Source: an uncultured Thermococci archaeon
GTDB taxonomy: Archaea > Methanobacteriota_B > Thermococci > Methanofastidiosales > B48-G16
Direction: 5' to 3'
Assembly: GCA_964595645.1 (NCBI GenBank)
Contig: CAZQQT010000001.1
Coordinates: forward strand, 1-64,000
DNA: 64,000 nt
Below, piece after piece: positions 9,458 through 19,445 of the stretch. Every line of letters starts with the position of its first letter. The stretch's first letter is position 1. The translations under genes were made by a program, and so were the position numbers. The notes below the pieces were generated by a model. It searched no databases. It saw nothing but the letters and a program-made list of their open reading frames with translations, and was not told where the DNA came from.

Positions 9458-10407
9458 CGCACCTTTTTTGTTTTAAAATCGAAGATAGCCAGATATTTTT
9501 TTGTATTTTTTGTAATGGTAATTTTTAACTTTGAGCCTTCGACAGTGTAGTACAGTGTTTGGTATCCCTTTTCATTGTAGTAGGTAAGTAGCTTCGCGAT
9601 TACCTCATCCTTTGGTCGAGATGGCTCGACAGGCTTTCGTCGGGAGATGAATTTATAGGGAATGTAGATGAGAAGAACGATAATAAAAAACCCCATAATG
9701 TACATCCATGCCTCCATCACATGTGCCAACATGTCTCTAAGAAGCGTTTCAACCTGCGTGAAGGGATCTGTGGAGCGTGTAGAGGGTACAGGGGAGGGTG
9801 TTATCGAGGAGGAGGGTTTGTTCTCAAAGGACAGGGATTTTACAAGGATAATTTCGCACGCATTATCTCCTGTGTCTGTCAATGTTGTAGATGAGGGTCC
9901 CCACTCCATCTTCTCGATCCTCCCGTTGACGTGTCGCTCCCCCTGGACGTACACGAGCGATCCGGAGATCGTGATCTTATCTCCCTCTTCAACCATGAGT
10001 ATTTTCTCAAATATTGTCCTGGAGAAGGGAATCAGGTGGTTGTTGCTCATGTGCGTTCGTATATAGTATGAGGAGATTTCAGGATTTTCATTGACGTACT
10101 GGTAGTTGCAGTGTCTATTCTCCATGGTTACTGCGAGGTTGTTCGTGAATGTAGGATCGAGGAGATCACCCCAGATCAATGCCACATCTACAAGTCCAAA
10201 GGGAATTTTCTCCTCCTTGTAGAATCGCACCCCTACTACTTTTCCCTCTATTGTGTAGTCCATCATCTCGTCAATAGTGTACACGATTCCTGTAGAGGTT
10301 TTTATCGTGTGTGCATCTTCGAACCAGTAATCTTCCCCGAATTCGTACACGTCAGGAGCCGCAAGCACGGTAGGAAGAAGGATCAACAGAAGGATCAAGC
10401 GCTTCAT
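9439..10407 (-). CDS. Hypothetical secreted, membrane-anchored protein
   Basis: Signal peptide, SNNHLIP and SSTTLTDTGDNACE motifs, S/T/P linker, TM helix, basic cytoplasmic tail. Confidence 0.75.
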   Translation of the reverse strand: MKRLILLLILLPTVLAAPDVYEFGEDYWFEDAHTIKTSTGIVYTIDEMMDYTIEGKVVGVRFYKEEKIPFGLVDVALIWGDLLDPTFTNNLAVTMENRHCNYQYVNENPEISSYYIRTHMSNNHLIPFSRTIFEKILMVEEGDKITISGSLVYVQGERHVNGRIEKMEWGPSSTTLTDTGDNACEIILVKSLSFENKPSSSITPSPVPSTRSTDPFTQVETLLRDMLAHVMEAWMYIMGFFIIVLLIYIPYKFISRRKPVEPSRPKDEVIAKLLTYYNEKGYQTLYYTVEGSKLKITITKNTKKYLAIFDFKTKKVRYVSIL

Positions 10408-10477
10408 ACTCTTCTTTTTTATTTAAATTATAAAAAACTTTCATTAACTTTTTAAGGGGTTCGATACTATATGATCT

Positions 10478-10984
10478 ATGCGAGCGCTGTACGTAGGACG
10501 ATTTCAGCCATTTCATAAAGGTCATCTCCACAGTATCAGAAAAATTTTGGAAGAAGCCGATGAGGTAATCATTGGAATAGGATCGGCACAGTACTCTCAC
10601 ACACTGGAAAATCCATTTACCTGTGGGGAGCGGATAGAGATGATACGGCGGACTGTAGACGATCTCTCGCGAGTGATCATTGTTCCCGTGACAGATGTGC
10701 ACAGACATGGTATCTGGGTGGCACATCTCTACAATCTTGTGCCGAGCTTCGATGTGGTGTACTCCAACGAGCCCATCACCGTTCGGTTGTTTGAGGAGGA
10801 AGGATTCACGGTACGATCTATCCCTTTTTACTCCCGTGATATCTACAATGCTACAAAAATACGTCAAAAAATCATAGCAGACGAAAAATGGGCACAACAA
10901 GTTCCCAAAAAAGTTTTTACCTTTATAAAGGAGATAAAAGGGGATGAACGACTGAGAAAAATTGCACAGGAGGATACGGTATAA
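10478..10984 (+). CDS. nadM: Nicotinamide-nucleotide adenylyltransferase (archaeal NadM type)
   Basis: GRFQPFHKGH, GSAQ.SH..ENPFT.GER, ATKIR. Confidence 0.93.
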   Translation: MRALYVGRFQPFHKGHLHSIRKILEEADEVIIGIGSAQYSHTLENPFTCGERIEMIRRTVDDLSRVIIVPVTDVHRHGIWVAHLYNLVPSFDVVYSNEPITVRLFEEEGFTVRSIPFYSRDIYNATKIRQKIIADEKWAQQVPKKVFTFIKEIKGDERLRKIAQEDTV

Positions 10985-10986
10985 CC

Positions 10987-11388
10987 ATGCATCTGCTCTT
11001 CAAACATGTTGATTATATTTACTGGAATGCTACAAAGAAAGCGATAAAGGAAGGAGAAAAACTCACAGAGAAGAACAAGGAGAGAAAAATAGAGGAAGCT
11101 CTCCTTGTTTACCTTGCAATAGAAGAAGGAGACAAGTATAATGTAGAAAAAGCGGTAGCTGAAATAAGTGATGTAGCGGAACGAATCAAAGCTGAACGAA
11201 TCATTCTGTTTCCATTTATTCATCTTTTCATCGACAACCCAGCTCCCCCCGAAAAGTCGATGGAAATTTTAGAGAGAATTTCAGTAGCACTCGAACTGGA
11301 GGTGTACAGAGTCCCCTTTGGATGGTACAAAGAGTATGAGTACAGGAGCAAAGGACATCCTCTCTCAACGCTTTCCCGCAGAATATAG
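10987..11388 (+). CDS. Stand-alone archaeal threonyl-tRNA synthetase editing domain
   Basis: LLFKHVDY, PFIHL, PFGWYK, KGHPLSTLSR; 133 aa with no catalytic or anticodon domain. Confidence 0.85.
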   Translation: MHLLFKHVDYIYWNATKKAIKEGEKLTEKNKERKIEEALLVYLAIEEGDKYNVEKAVAEISDVAERIKAERIILFPFIHLFIDNPAPPEKSMEILERISVALELEVYRVPFGWYKEYEYRSKGHPLSTLSRRI

Positions 11389-11394
11389 ACTTCC

Positions 11395-12075
11395 TCATTT
11401 CTCAACGAGCCTTGCATCCTTTATAGTGTAGGTACCGGCGTAGTTCGCGTAGGATGTATCGGCGTTGCGAATCTCTATTCTTTTTTTGAAGATGGGGCCA
11501 TCGTAGACGAAGGTCTCTATCTCTCCTCCTTCTCCCGACGGGTTGATTTGATGCTTCCTTTGCAGTTTTTTGAGTTTCTGTATCGTATTTTCATCGATCT
11601 CTTTTCCCAACCAGCTCTCATCGAAGGGATAGGCAAATACTCCTGTAATGATGGTTTTGAAGCCGGCCACTACCATCTTTTTAAGAAGCGTCACCTCATT
11701 CATCTGCCATAAGGGATTGAGGCAGGTGAGATTCAGTGTACTGCACAGCCTCTCGATCCGTGAACGCTGGTACTCGGATCGGATCGCACCTGTTACAATT
11801 CCTTCTACCCTATACTCCTCTTTTCCTCGCTCAACTGCAGTTTTTAGATCCTCCAACTCCCGTTCCTTCTCCCCCAATGTTTCCTGCAGAATCAACGGAA
11901 GTTCCATTGCTTCTGCCTGCATTTCTGTGAGCGAGATGTTTGGCGTGTGGAACATATAGCTCTCTTTGTTCTTGGAACGCACAGAGATGAGACAGACGAC
12001 CGATTCTTTCTTCATTATCTCATAACAGGCATAGCAGGAGTCTTTTCCACCGGAAAAGAGGACACCGAGTTTCAT
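11395..12075 (-). CDS. Diphthine--ammonia ligase (Dph6 family)
   Basis: PP-loop SGGKDS, SYMFH, GAIRSEYQ, GEGGEIET. Confidence 0.9.
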   Translation of the reverse strand: MKLGVLFSGGKDSCYACYEIMKKESVVCLISVRSKNKESYMFHTPNISLTEMQAEAMELPLILQETLGEKERELEDLKTAVERGKEEYRVEGIVTGAIRSEYQRSRIERLCSTLNLTCLNPLWQMNEVTLLKKMVVAGFKTIITGVFAYPFDESWLGKEIDENTIQKLKKLQRKHQINPSGEGGEIETFVYDGPIFKKRIEIRNADTSYANYAGTYTIKDARLVEK

Positions 12076-12088
12076 GGCATATCACCGT

Positions 12089-13027
12089 TTATACTTTGAG
12101 GTTGATCACGCACTCGGCAATGTTGCTGCAGTGTCGTTGTACGGCATTCATAGAGCTCACAATCGAGGAGAGTATCACCGATTCCACCTCCCCTTTGGAG
12201 GGGGACATCTCTATCTCTTCGAGAAGGTCGTTTGCTAAAGTGTGATCTTTCCGGATATATGCTCGTACAGTCTTACGGAAGATTTCCAGTGTTTTTTCTC
12301 CTTTTTTTTGTATTTCTTCCGAAGGTTTCTCAAGAGAAATTATTTCTTCGGCTATTACCTCTGCGTAATCAGCAATTCGCTCGATATTCCGTATAGCAAT
12401 AATAGTAGGAATAAGTTCGAAGTTATCATTGACCTCAAGCGCCTTTGCAACATTCGTGCTTCTTGATGCTTCAGAGATCTCACGAAGAGCGAAGAAGTAC
12501 AGTTTGTCCACCTCATTATCCCGCTGAATGATATTTTTTGCCAGGGATTTGTTGAGGTTTTTGTTCAAGGTAACAGTATCCTCGAGCATTGAGCCTGTGA
12601 GTGTGAGCATTCTGCTCGTCACCTTTCGTAATGGCGTGGATCCAAATTCTATCAACGATGAAAAGACGATTTCATCAGATTTTTCCTCGAATATCTCTAT
12701 TCCTATGAGATTTTGCATCAAAGAGACAATTCTCTCCCGTTTTTTTGGTTCGATAGATGTGTCAGAGCAAACTTTTATCGTGTCGTACCCTTGTAGATAC
12801 TTGGTGATGAGGATACGTTCTGTCAGTGCAAGATTTTCACTCAATGTTATCTCACAGCTTTTTTTCCCTTCCTCATGATCCATAGGAACAATAGAGAGAG
12901 TGCCGTTCTTGTTTTCCATGATACCCAGACTGTTTCCACTCTGGAGTCCGTTGTTTTCTACCCACTGTTTGGGAAGGGAGATGGCGTAGGAACTTCCACC
13001 CGTCCTCTGAATTTTTCTTGTTTCCAT
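12089..13027 (-). CDS. Phosphate-uptake regulator, AbrB/SpoVT domain plus PhoU domains
   Basis: METRKIQRTGGSSYAISLPKQW; DNEVD, IERIAD; divergent from pst operon. Confidence 0.9.
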   Translation of the reverse strand: METRKIQRTGGSSYAISLPKQWVENNGLQSGNSLGIMENKNGTLSIVPMDHEEGKKSCEITLSENLALTERILITKYLQGYDTIKVCSDTSIEPKKRERIVSLMQNLIGIEIFEEKSDEIVFSSLIEFGSTPLRKVTSRMLTLTGSMLEDTVTLNKNLNKSLAKNIIQRDNEVDKLYFFALREISEASRSTNVAKALEVNDNFELIPTIIAIRNIERIADYAEVIAEEIISLEKPSEEIQKKGEKTLEIFRKTVRAYIRKDHTLANDLLEEIEMSPSKGEVESVILSSIVSSMNAVQRHCSNIAECVINLKV

Positions 13028-13089
13028 ACACTTTGCGTGTTCTCCACCTATATAAACTTTCTCATAAAGTAAATATTATGGGTATTAAT

Positions 13090-13103
13090 ACATACTAGTA
13101 TGT
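13090..13103. promoter_or_regulatory. Perfect 14-bp palindrome ACATACTAGTATGT between the regulator and pstS; candidate operator
   Basis: Self-complementary; lies between divergent TATA-like elements. Confidence 0.4.
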
Positions 13104-13179
13104 TCTACACAGGCAATATATATTCTATAAAGAAAAACTATATAAATAAGAGGAATGTATTCCATTTGGTGATAAAAAT

Positions 13180-14010
13180 ATGAAACAAAAAACTATAATT
13201 GGAGTTGGAATGAGTTTACTCATACTTATAGGCTTTTTAGGTTGTATAGGAGGAGATGAATCAGGAGAAAAAGAGACGCTTACAATAGCAGGTTCTACGA
13301 CGGTAGAACCCATCGCAACGGAAGCAGCAACGGCATTTATGGAGAAACACTCCGATGTGAAGATCACTATCCAAGGAGGTGGTAGTGGTACTGGCATCAA
13401 GATGGTTGGCGAAGGAACTGTGGATATTGGGAATGCTTCCCGAGACATAAAAGTAGAGGAACAGGAACGGTACTCTACCTTGGTGGGAACGGTAGTTGCA
13501 CGGGACGCCATTGCAATAATCGTTCATCCTACTAACTCTGTAGAGAATCTTACGATGGAAGAACTTCAGAAGATCTACGCTGGAGAGATTACCAATTGGA
13601 AAGAGATTGGTGGGCCAGACAAGGAAATTGTTGTTGTGACGAGGGCAGAAGGATCCGGGACACGGGATACCTTTGTTGAACTCGTGCTCGAAGACGGTGA
13701 GATCGAAGAGACATCGAAAGTGCTTCAGAAACCTTCCAATGGTGCAGTTAAAGCGACCGTTGCAGGCAACGAGAATGCCATCGGCTATATTGGCCTCGGT
13801 TACGTGGATGATACGGTGAAACTGGTGAAAATTGATGGAGTGATACCGTCACCGAAGACTGTGAACAATGAGACTTACTCTATTGCTCGATCACTCTACA
13901 TGTACACGAAAGGTGAACCTTCAGGCCTTGCAAAGGAATTCCTCGATTTCATACTGGGCAGTGAAGGTCAGGACATCGTCGAAAAGATTGGCTACATTCG
14001 TGTGGATTAA
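13180..14010 (+). CDS. pstS: Phosphate ABC transporter substrate-binding lipoprotein
   Basis: LGC lipobox, GSTTV, GGGSGTG, GSGTR. Confidence 0.95.
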   Translation: MKQKTIIGVGMSLLILIGFLGCIGGDESGEKETLTIAGSTTVEPIATEAATAFMEKHSDVKITIQGGGSGTGIKMVGEGTVDIGNASRDIKVEEQERYSTLVGTVVARDAIAIIVHPTNSVENLTMEELQKIYAGEITNWKEIGGPDKEIVVVTRAEGSGTRDTFVELVLEDGEIEETSKVLQKPSNGAVKATVAGNENAIGYIGLGYVDDTVKLVKIDGVIPSPKTVNNETYSIARSLYMYTKGEPSGLAKEFLDFILGSEGQDIVEKIGYIRVD

Positions 14011-14043
14011 CTCACACGAAACCTTTTTTAACTTTTTAATTTC

Positions 14044-14907
14044 ATGGTTACTATGGACCTCGAAGACATTGTTGAGAAAATACTATTGATCTTTGCGTTC
14101 TCAGCTACATTAGTGATTTTTCTCATCATTCTCTTCCTTTTTAAAGAAGGACTCCCTATTTTTAAGCGGGAAGGCCTGAGTTTCGTTACTGGCACCGAAT
14201 GGAAACCGTCAAAACAGGTTTTTGGTGCATTGGTATTCATTATCGGATCACTTTCTGTTACATTTCTAGCACTACTGATAGCCGGCCCATTGGGAATTTT
14301 CTGCGCTCTTTTCTTGGCGGAAGTAGCACCAAAACGCATGGTCAGCTTTTTCAGGCCAGTAATAGAACTATTGGCAGGGATACCCTCTGTTGTTTACGGA
14401 ATGTTTGGCCTGATTGTGATCGTACGGTTTATCAAGGTCACCTTCAACCCCCCCACCGGAGAAACGGTGCTCGCTGGTGGTATCATACTGGCGATTATGA
14501 TTCTTCCTATCATTATCAGTATATCGGAGGATGCCATTGAGAGTGTGCCGAGAGAGTACAAAGAAGGATCCTTTGCGCTCGGTGCTACTCACTGGCAGAC
14601 CATGAAAAATGTGATACTCCCCAGTGCATCCTCTGGTATCACAACCTCTGTGATTTTGGGTATGGGGAGGGCTATCGGGGAGACAATGGCCGTGGTGTTG
14701 GTGCTCGGGAACGTCGAGATGATCCCAAAATCATTTCTCGATCCCACTGAAGCGCTCACCTCGGTGATCCTGCTTGAAATGGGAGAAACACCGGTGGGTA
14801 GCTCCCACTACCAGGCATTATTTGCTATAGGTATCATTCTCTTCGTCATCGTTGTGGTGCTCAACCTCATATCCATGAAACTCGGGGTGAAACAGCATGA
14901 GAGATAG
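14044..14907 (+). CDS. pstC: Phosphate ABC transporter permease
   Basis: ELLAGIPSVVYG, EGSFALGAT, GRAIGETMA. Confidence 0.95.
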   Translation: MVTMDLEDIVEKILLIFAFSATLVIFLIILFLFKEGLPIFKREGLSFVTGTEWKPSKQVFGALVFIIGSLSVTFLALLIAGPLGIFCALFLAEVAPKRMVSFFRPVIELLAGIPSVVYGMFGLIVIVRFIKVTFNPPTGETVLAGGIILAIMILPIIISISEDAIESVPREYKEGSFALGATHWQTMKNVILPSASSGITTSVILGMGRAIGETMAVVLVLGNVEMIPKSFLDPTEALTSVILLEMGETPVGSSHYQALFAIGIILFVIVVVLNLISMKLGVKQHER

Positions 14908-15727
14908 GTATGTCTATGCACTTCTCGGACTCACTGCAGTCATCACTGCAGTAATTCTTCTATTCATCCTCGGATTTATAGTAATCAAAGGATTGCCCGT
15001 GCTGAGCATTGAGTTTCTCACCGAAGCTCCCCGAATGGGAGGAAGAGAAGGGGGTATCTTTCCTGCGATTCTGGGAACACTCTACTTGGTTGCTGTGGCA
15101 CTAGTAGTTGCCGTACCGCTTGGCGTTGGAGGGGCGCTATACCTCGTGGAGTTCCAGAAGGAGAACATCCTCACAAAGATCATTCGGTTTGGTGCCAATA
15201 CTTTAAATGCAGTGCCGTCAATTATTTTCGGATTGTTTGGGTTTGCATTTTTGGTGTACTATTTAAACTGGGGTGTGAGCATTCTTTCTGGCGGTGTAAC
15301 ACTGGCGTTCATGGTGTTGCCTACCATTTTGCGGACGTCAGAAGAAGCGCTCCGATCCGTTCCTCGGTGGGATAAGGAGGGAAGCTACGCACTGGGCGCT
15401 ACCAAGCTGCAGACCATCCGAAAGATCGTGCTTCCTCAGTCACTTTCAGGAATTATCACTGGAGTCGTACTCAGTATCGGACGAGCAGCCGGAGAAACAG
15501 CACCTATTATCTTTACTGCCGCGATTTTAAATCCAGTGCTTCCGGACTCACTGTTCGATCCGACAATGGCACTCCCTTCACACCTTTATACACTTGTCTC
15601 GGAATCGACACCACAGAAGTTGGCGAATGCCTATGGTACTGCACTAGTACTGATAATTCTTGTATTAATCACTACCTACACAGCTATGGCGCTGAGAAAA
15701 TACTTTACACGACATTTGAGGCGATAA
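14897..15727 (+). CDS. pstA: Phosphate ABC transporter permease
   Basis: [28 protein letters not shown]. Confidence 0.95.
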   Translation: MRDRYVYALLGLTAVITAVILLFILGFIVIKGLPVLSIEFLTEAPRMGGREGGIFPAILGTLYLVAVALVVAVPLGVGGALYLVEFQKENILTKIIRFGANTLNAVPSIIFGLFGFAFLVYYLNWGVSILSGGVTLAFMVLPTILRTSEEALRSVPRWDKEGSYALGATKLQTIRKIVLPQSLSGIITGVVLSIGRAAGETAPIIFTAAILNPVLPDSLFDPTMALPSHLYTLVSESTPQKLANAYGTALVLIILVLITTYTAMALRKYFTRHLRR

Positions 15728-15728
15728 C

Positions 15729-16478
15729 ATGGAAGAAAAGATGGAAATAGAAGATCTAAATCTTTGGTATGGAGATTTTCAGGCATTGAAGGATGTAGAG
15801 CTTGAAATTTATGAAAATAAGGTTACGGCAATTATTGGACCCTCGGGCTGTGGAAAATCAACGCTCATACGATGTTTGAATAGAATGAATGATTTAATCG
15901 ATGATGTAAAAATAGAAGGAGAGATAGAACTCGATGATAAGGATATCTATAAGATGGATCCGGTGAAACTGCGAAAACTGGTAGGGATGGTCTTTCAGAA
16001 ACCAAATCCCTTTCCTATGAGCATCTTCGATAACATTGCGTACGGTCCACGGTTACACGGTACGAAGAACAAGAAAAAACTGAAAAAACGAGTAAAAAGG
16101 TCACTAAAAATGGCAGCACTCTGGGATGAGGTGGAAGATAAACTGGATGAGTCTGCTCTTGATCTCTCAGGAGGACAGCAGCAGCGGCTCTGCATTGCAC
16201 GGACACTGGCAATAAAACCAGAGGTGATTCTGTTCGATGAACCGTGTTCCGCACTCGATCCCATTGCCACAGCAAAAATAGAGGATCTCATCGCGGATCT
16301 GAAAAAAGACTACACGATTGTTATCGTCACCCATAACATGCAGCAGGCTGCCCGGGTCTCCGATTTTACCGCATTCATGTACTTGGGCAAGATGATAGAG
16401 TTTGGGAGAACAGATAAGATATTCACCAACCCGGAAGAAGAAAAAACAGAAAGTTATATTTCAGGGAGGTTTGGTTAA
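15729..16478 (+). CDS. pstB: Phosphate ABC transporter ATPase
   Basis: [39 protein letters not shown]. Confidence 0.97.
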   Translation: MEEKMEIEDLNLWYGDFQALKDVELEIYENKVTAIIGPSGCGKSTLIRCLNRMNDLIDDVKIEGEIELDDKDIYKMDPVKLRKLVGMVFQKPNPFPMSIFDNIAYGPRLHGTKNKKKLKKRVKRSLKMAALWDEVEDKLDESALDLSGGQQQRLCIARTLAIKPEVILFDEPCSALDPIATAKIEDLIADLKKDYTIVIVTHNMQQAARVSDFTAFMYLGKMIEFGRTDKIFTNPEEEKTESYISGRFG

Positions 16479-17116
16479 TGGTAAAAATCGATAAGAAATT
16501 AGAAGATATGAGAGAAGAAACGATGGAGTTAGCAGAAATGGCCTCAGAGGCCATTGAAACCTGCATAACAGCTCTCAAAAATAGAGATTTTGAACTTTCC
16601 GATGAGGTAATCGACGGCGATTCGAATATCAATGAACACTATATGAATGTGGAGAATAAGTGCATTTCTATTATCGCACTAGAACAGCCAGTAGCAACGG
16701 ATCTGCGGCTGATAAGTTCTACAATGGCCATTGCTAATGATTTGGAGAGAATAGGCGACTATGCAGTAAACATCGCGAAAATTAACAAAAGAATCAAAGA
16801 AAAAGAACTTATTAAGCCGTTAATAGATATACCGCGAATGAAAGATATTGTACGAAAAGAAATCAAAATGAGCATGGATTTTTATATGAACATGATGTTC
16901 AATGAGAAAAAACTCGAAATCGATGAGGATCTCAACGAACTGAACAAGCAGATATTCAACGAGCTCGTGTTGATCATGATGGGCGATCCAAAAACAGTAA
17001 ACCAGGCTGGGCAACTCATTCTTGTGGGAAGGTACCTCGAGAGAGCCGGTGACCATGCGATAAACATCGCAAATAGAGTAAACTACATCCTCACAGGGAA
17101 TATCGCCTATATATGA
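16478..17116 (+). CDS. phoU: Phosphate signalling complex protein PhoU
   Basis: QPVATDLR, DLERIGD, LERAGDH. Confidence 0.95.
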   Translation: MVKIDKKLEDMREETMELAEMASEAIETCITALKNRDFELSDEVIDGDSNINEHYMNVENKCISIIALEQPVATDLRLISSTMAIANDLERIGDYAVNIAKINKRIKEKELIKPLIDIPRMKDIVRKEIKMSMDFYMNMMFNEKKLEIDEDLNELNKQIFNELVLIMMGDPKTVNQAGQLILVGRYLERAGDHAINIANRVNYILTGNIAYI

Positions 17117-17151
17117 AAGCCCTTTTATAGGTAAGGATTCTACTGTGTGGC

Positions 17152-18105
17152 ATGAGCAGCTTCACAAAAATACTTGGTGCAGTACTGGTTCTTTCGCTGG
17201 GTGTCAGCCTCTACGGAACATACGAGTACAGGACACGGTACAAGGAATCGGTGCAGGAGTACAACGAACTGGAAACGACATATTCCGATTTACATGAAAA
17301 GTACGACGAGCTACAGGAGGATCACACCGATCTTGTACAGAGGGTGGAGGATATTCAGATCGCTCTCCAGGATCTTCAAGGAAGATACGAGAGTCTTCAG
17401 AAAAACTATTCCGATCTCCAGAGTCGATACTCCACGTTGCAGGAGGACTACACAGCACTCCAATCTTCATATACACAAAAAGAAGAGGAGCACAACGAGC
17501 TGAAAGACAAGTATGAGATGCTGCAGCAGGAGTACAACGAACTTCAGGAGGAATACGCTGAGCTTGAGGAAGAGTACACCTTCTCCAATTGGATAAACCC
17601 CTCACTTTTTACTCCCTATATTTCTAAGGTCTCAGTATACAATTCCACAGTAGAGGATCTAGCAGAACATCTTGGTGCAGGAGAGTCATTTCTCGGGAGA
17701 ATCGATACAACGTTTCGGTACGTGGCCGCTGAAATTACGTATACACAGGATCCTGCAGGAAGGGAAATTATACAGTCTCCCATCAAAACGTATCAGCTGC
17801 AGCGGGGCGACTGCGAGGATCAGGCCATTTTTCTTGCCTGCCTTCTGAAACTTCAGGGGTACAGAGTACGGTTAAACTTTGTTGATAGGACCCACACCTT
17901 CGACGATCTCGAGACAGCGCAGTTCAAACCAAACCATGTGACTGTCTCTGTGCACATCCCCGAAGAGTATCAGAAGGGGCTTATCGATTACACATACAAT
18001 AAAAAGTACTATCTTCATGGCGACTGGCTCTGGCTGGAGCCTACAGGGGAGAGCTACATTGGATTCACCGACGAAATTTATCCGTTTGTGCACTTTGAAG
18101 CCTGA
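17152..18105 (+). CDS. Membrane-anchored coiled-coil protein with transglutaminase-like cysteine protease domain
   Basis: N-terminal TM, heptad repeats over roughly aa 30-141, GDCEDQA / NHV / WLEPT. Confidence 0.8.
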   Translation: MSSFTKILGAVLVLSLGVSLYGTYEYRTRYKESVQEYNELETTYSDLHEKYDELQEDHTDLVQRVEDIQIALQDLQGRYESLQKNYSDLQSRYSTLQEDYTALQSSYTQKEEEHNELKDKYEMLQQEYNELQEEYAELEEEYTFSNWINPSLFTPYISKVSVYNSTVEDLAEHLGAGESFLGRIDTTFRYVAAEITYTQDPAGREIIQSPIKTYQLQRGDCEDQAIFLACLLKLQGYRVRLNFVDRTHTFDDLETAQFKPNHVTVSVHIPEEYQKGLIDYTYNKKYYLHGDWLWLEPTGESYIGFTDEIYPFVHFEA

Positions 18106-18188
18106 AAATACAAAAATGTTCCATTTCAACTCTTTTTGAATATACATCTAGCCAAATCTTTTTTTAAATTAAATAAAAGAGACAAGAA

Positions 18189-18356
18189 ATGATTAATAAA
18201 AGAATACTTGCCACTACACGCGTGATAATCGTTCTTCTCGCAGTTGTATATTACATGATCCCCTCTGGAAAATACAGTGAAGGAGATACATGGGCCCATA
18301 TGATTACCGGTATGCTCCGAGGGACGATACAATGTGAAATTCATTGTTGCTACTGA
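18189..18356 (+). pseudogene. Short ORF (55 aa) or remnant of a secreted-protein gene
   Basis: MINKRILATTRVIIVLLAVVYYMIPSGKYSEGDTW..: signal-like N-terminus, preceded by TTTAAA. Confidence 0.3.
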
Positions 18357-18404
18357 GAAAGGACGGAAATTCGCAGGAGAACTTCTTCAATTTGAGTTGA
18401 AGGA

Positions 18405-19445
18405 TTAACAATACTTCTCCACGATATCGACGATTTTCTCCCTCACACGCTCTCCGTAGGGATGTTTCCACTTCTCTTTTTTCTGTGCCATTGTGATTGC
18501 GGCGTCGAGTATCTTCTGAGGGTCGCTTCCTACGAGGACATTCGCACCGATCTCAATAGTTTCCGGGCGTTCCGTATTATTCCTTAGTGTGACACATGGG
18601 GTGTTGAGAATACATGCCTCCTCCTGAACCCCGCCAGAGTCAGTGAGCACGAGGTTACAGTTTTTTAAGTGAGAAAGAAAGGTGAAGTAATCCATAGGGG
18701 GAACGAGTTGAATGTTGTCTTTTGGATTTATTCCAAATTTTTTCAGATTTTTCTTGGTTCTGGGATGAATGGGATAGAGGATGGGTGTGTTGAAATGTTC
18801 ACCTACCTTCTCTACACCGTTGAGTATATTTTTTAGTCGTTTTTTACTATCGGCGTTTTCCTGTCTGTGAAGAGTGAGGAGAATACACGCTCTTTTTATC
18901 TCCTCGATTTTTTCCCGATTCATATAGAGCGCGTCCACAATTGTGTTGCCCACAACATGTACTCCCTCTGTAATTCCCTCGTTTGCGAGGTTCTTCTGCG
19001 CGATCTCCGTGGGAGCAAAGAGGGGGCTGGAGATGTGATCGGTGAGCACTCTGTTGATCTCCTCAGGCATCTCCCTCCAAAATGAACGGAGTCCTGCCTC
19101 CACGTGCCCGACGGCAATATGGAGCTTCGTGGCCGCCAGTGCACCAGCGAGAACTGTATTCGTGTCACCCTCTACAAGGACGATTTCGGGAGATTCTTCG
19201 AGCAACACACCCTCTATTTTTTTCAGCATCTCACCAGTTTGGTATCCATGGGTACCTGAACCGATTTCAAGATTATATTCTGGCTTTTTAAGCTGAAAAT
19301 TCTCAAAAAATACCTTATCAAGGGCATATGAGTAATGCTGTCCTGTATGAATCACACAATGCTCCATGTTTCTTTTCTTCAGTTCGTGGATCACCGGTGC
19401 CATCTTCACGATCTCGGGTCGGGTACCAAGGACAACAGTGATCAT
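18405..19445 (-). CDS. wecB: UDP-N-acetylglucosamine 2-epimerase (non-hydrolysing)
   Basis: GTRPE, HTGQH, GDTNT, HVEAGLRS, PEEINR, DSGGVQEE, TERPE. Confidence 0.95.
   Translation of the reverse strand: MITVVLGTRPEIVKMAPVIHELKKRNMEHCVIHTGQHYSYALDKVFFENFQLKKPEYNLEIGSGTHGYQTGEMLKKIEGVLLEESPEIVLVEGDTNTVLAGALAATKLHIAVGHVEAGLRSFWREMPEEINRVLTDHISSPLFAPTEIAQKNLANEGITEGVHVVGNTIVDALYMNREKIEEIKRACILLTLHRQENADSKKRLKNILNGVEKVGEHFNTPILYPIHPRTKKNLKKFGINPKDNIQLVPPMDYFTFLSHLKNCNLVLTDSGGVQEEACILNTPCVTLRNNTERPETIEIGANVLVGSDPQKILDAAITMAQKKEKWKHPYGERVREKIVDIVEKYC

Noticed and set aside
17240-17580. Repeats of about 21 nt as a CRISPR or tandem array
   Set aside because: They are coding heptad repeats; no conserved repeat-spacer structure was seen anywhere in the window
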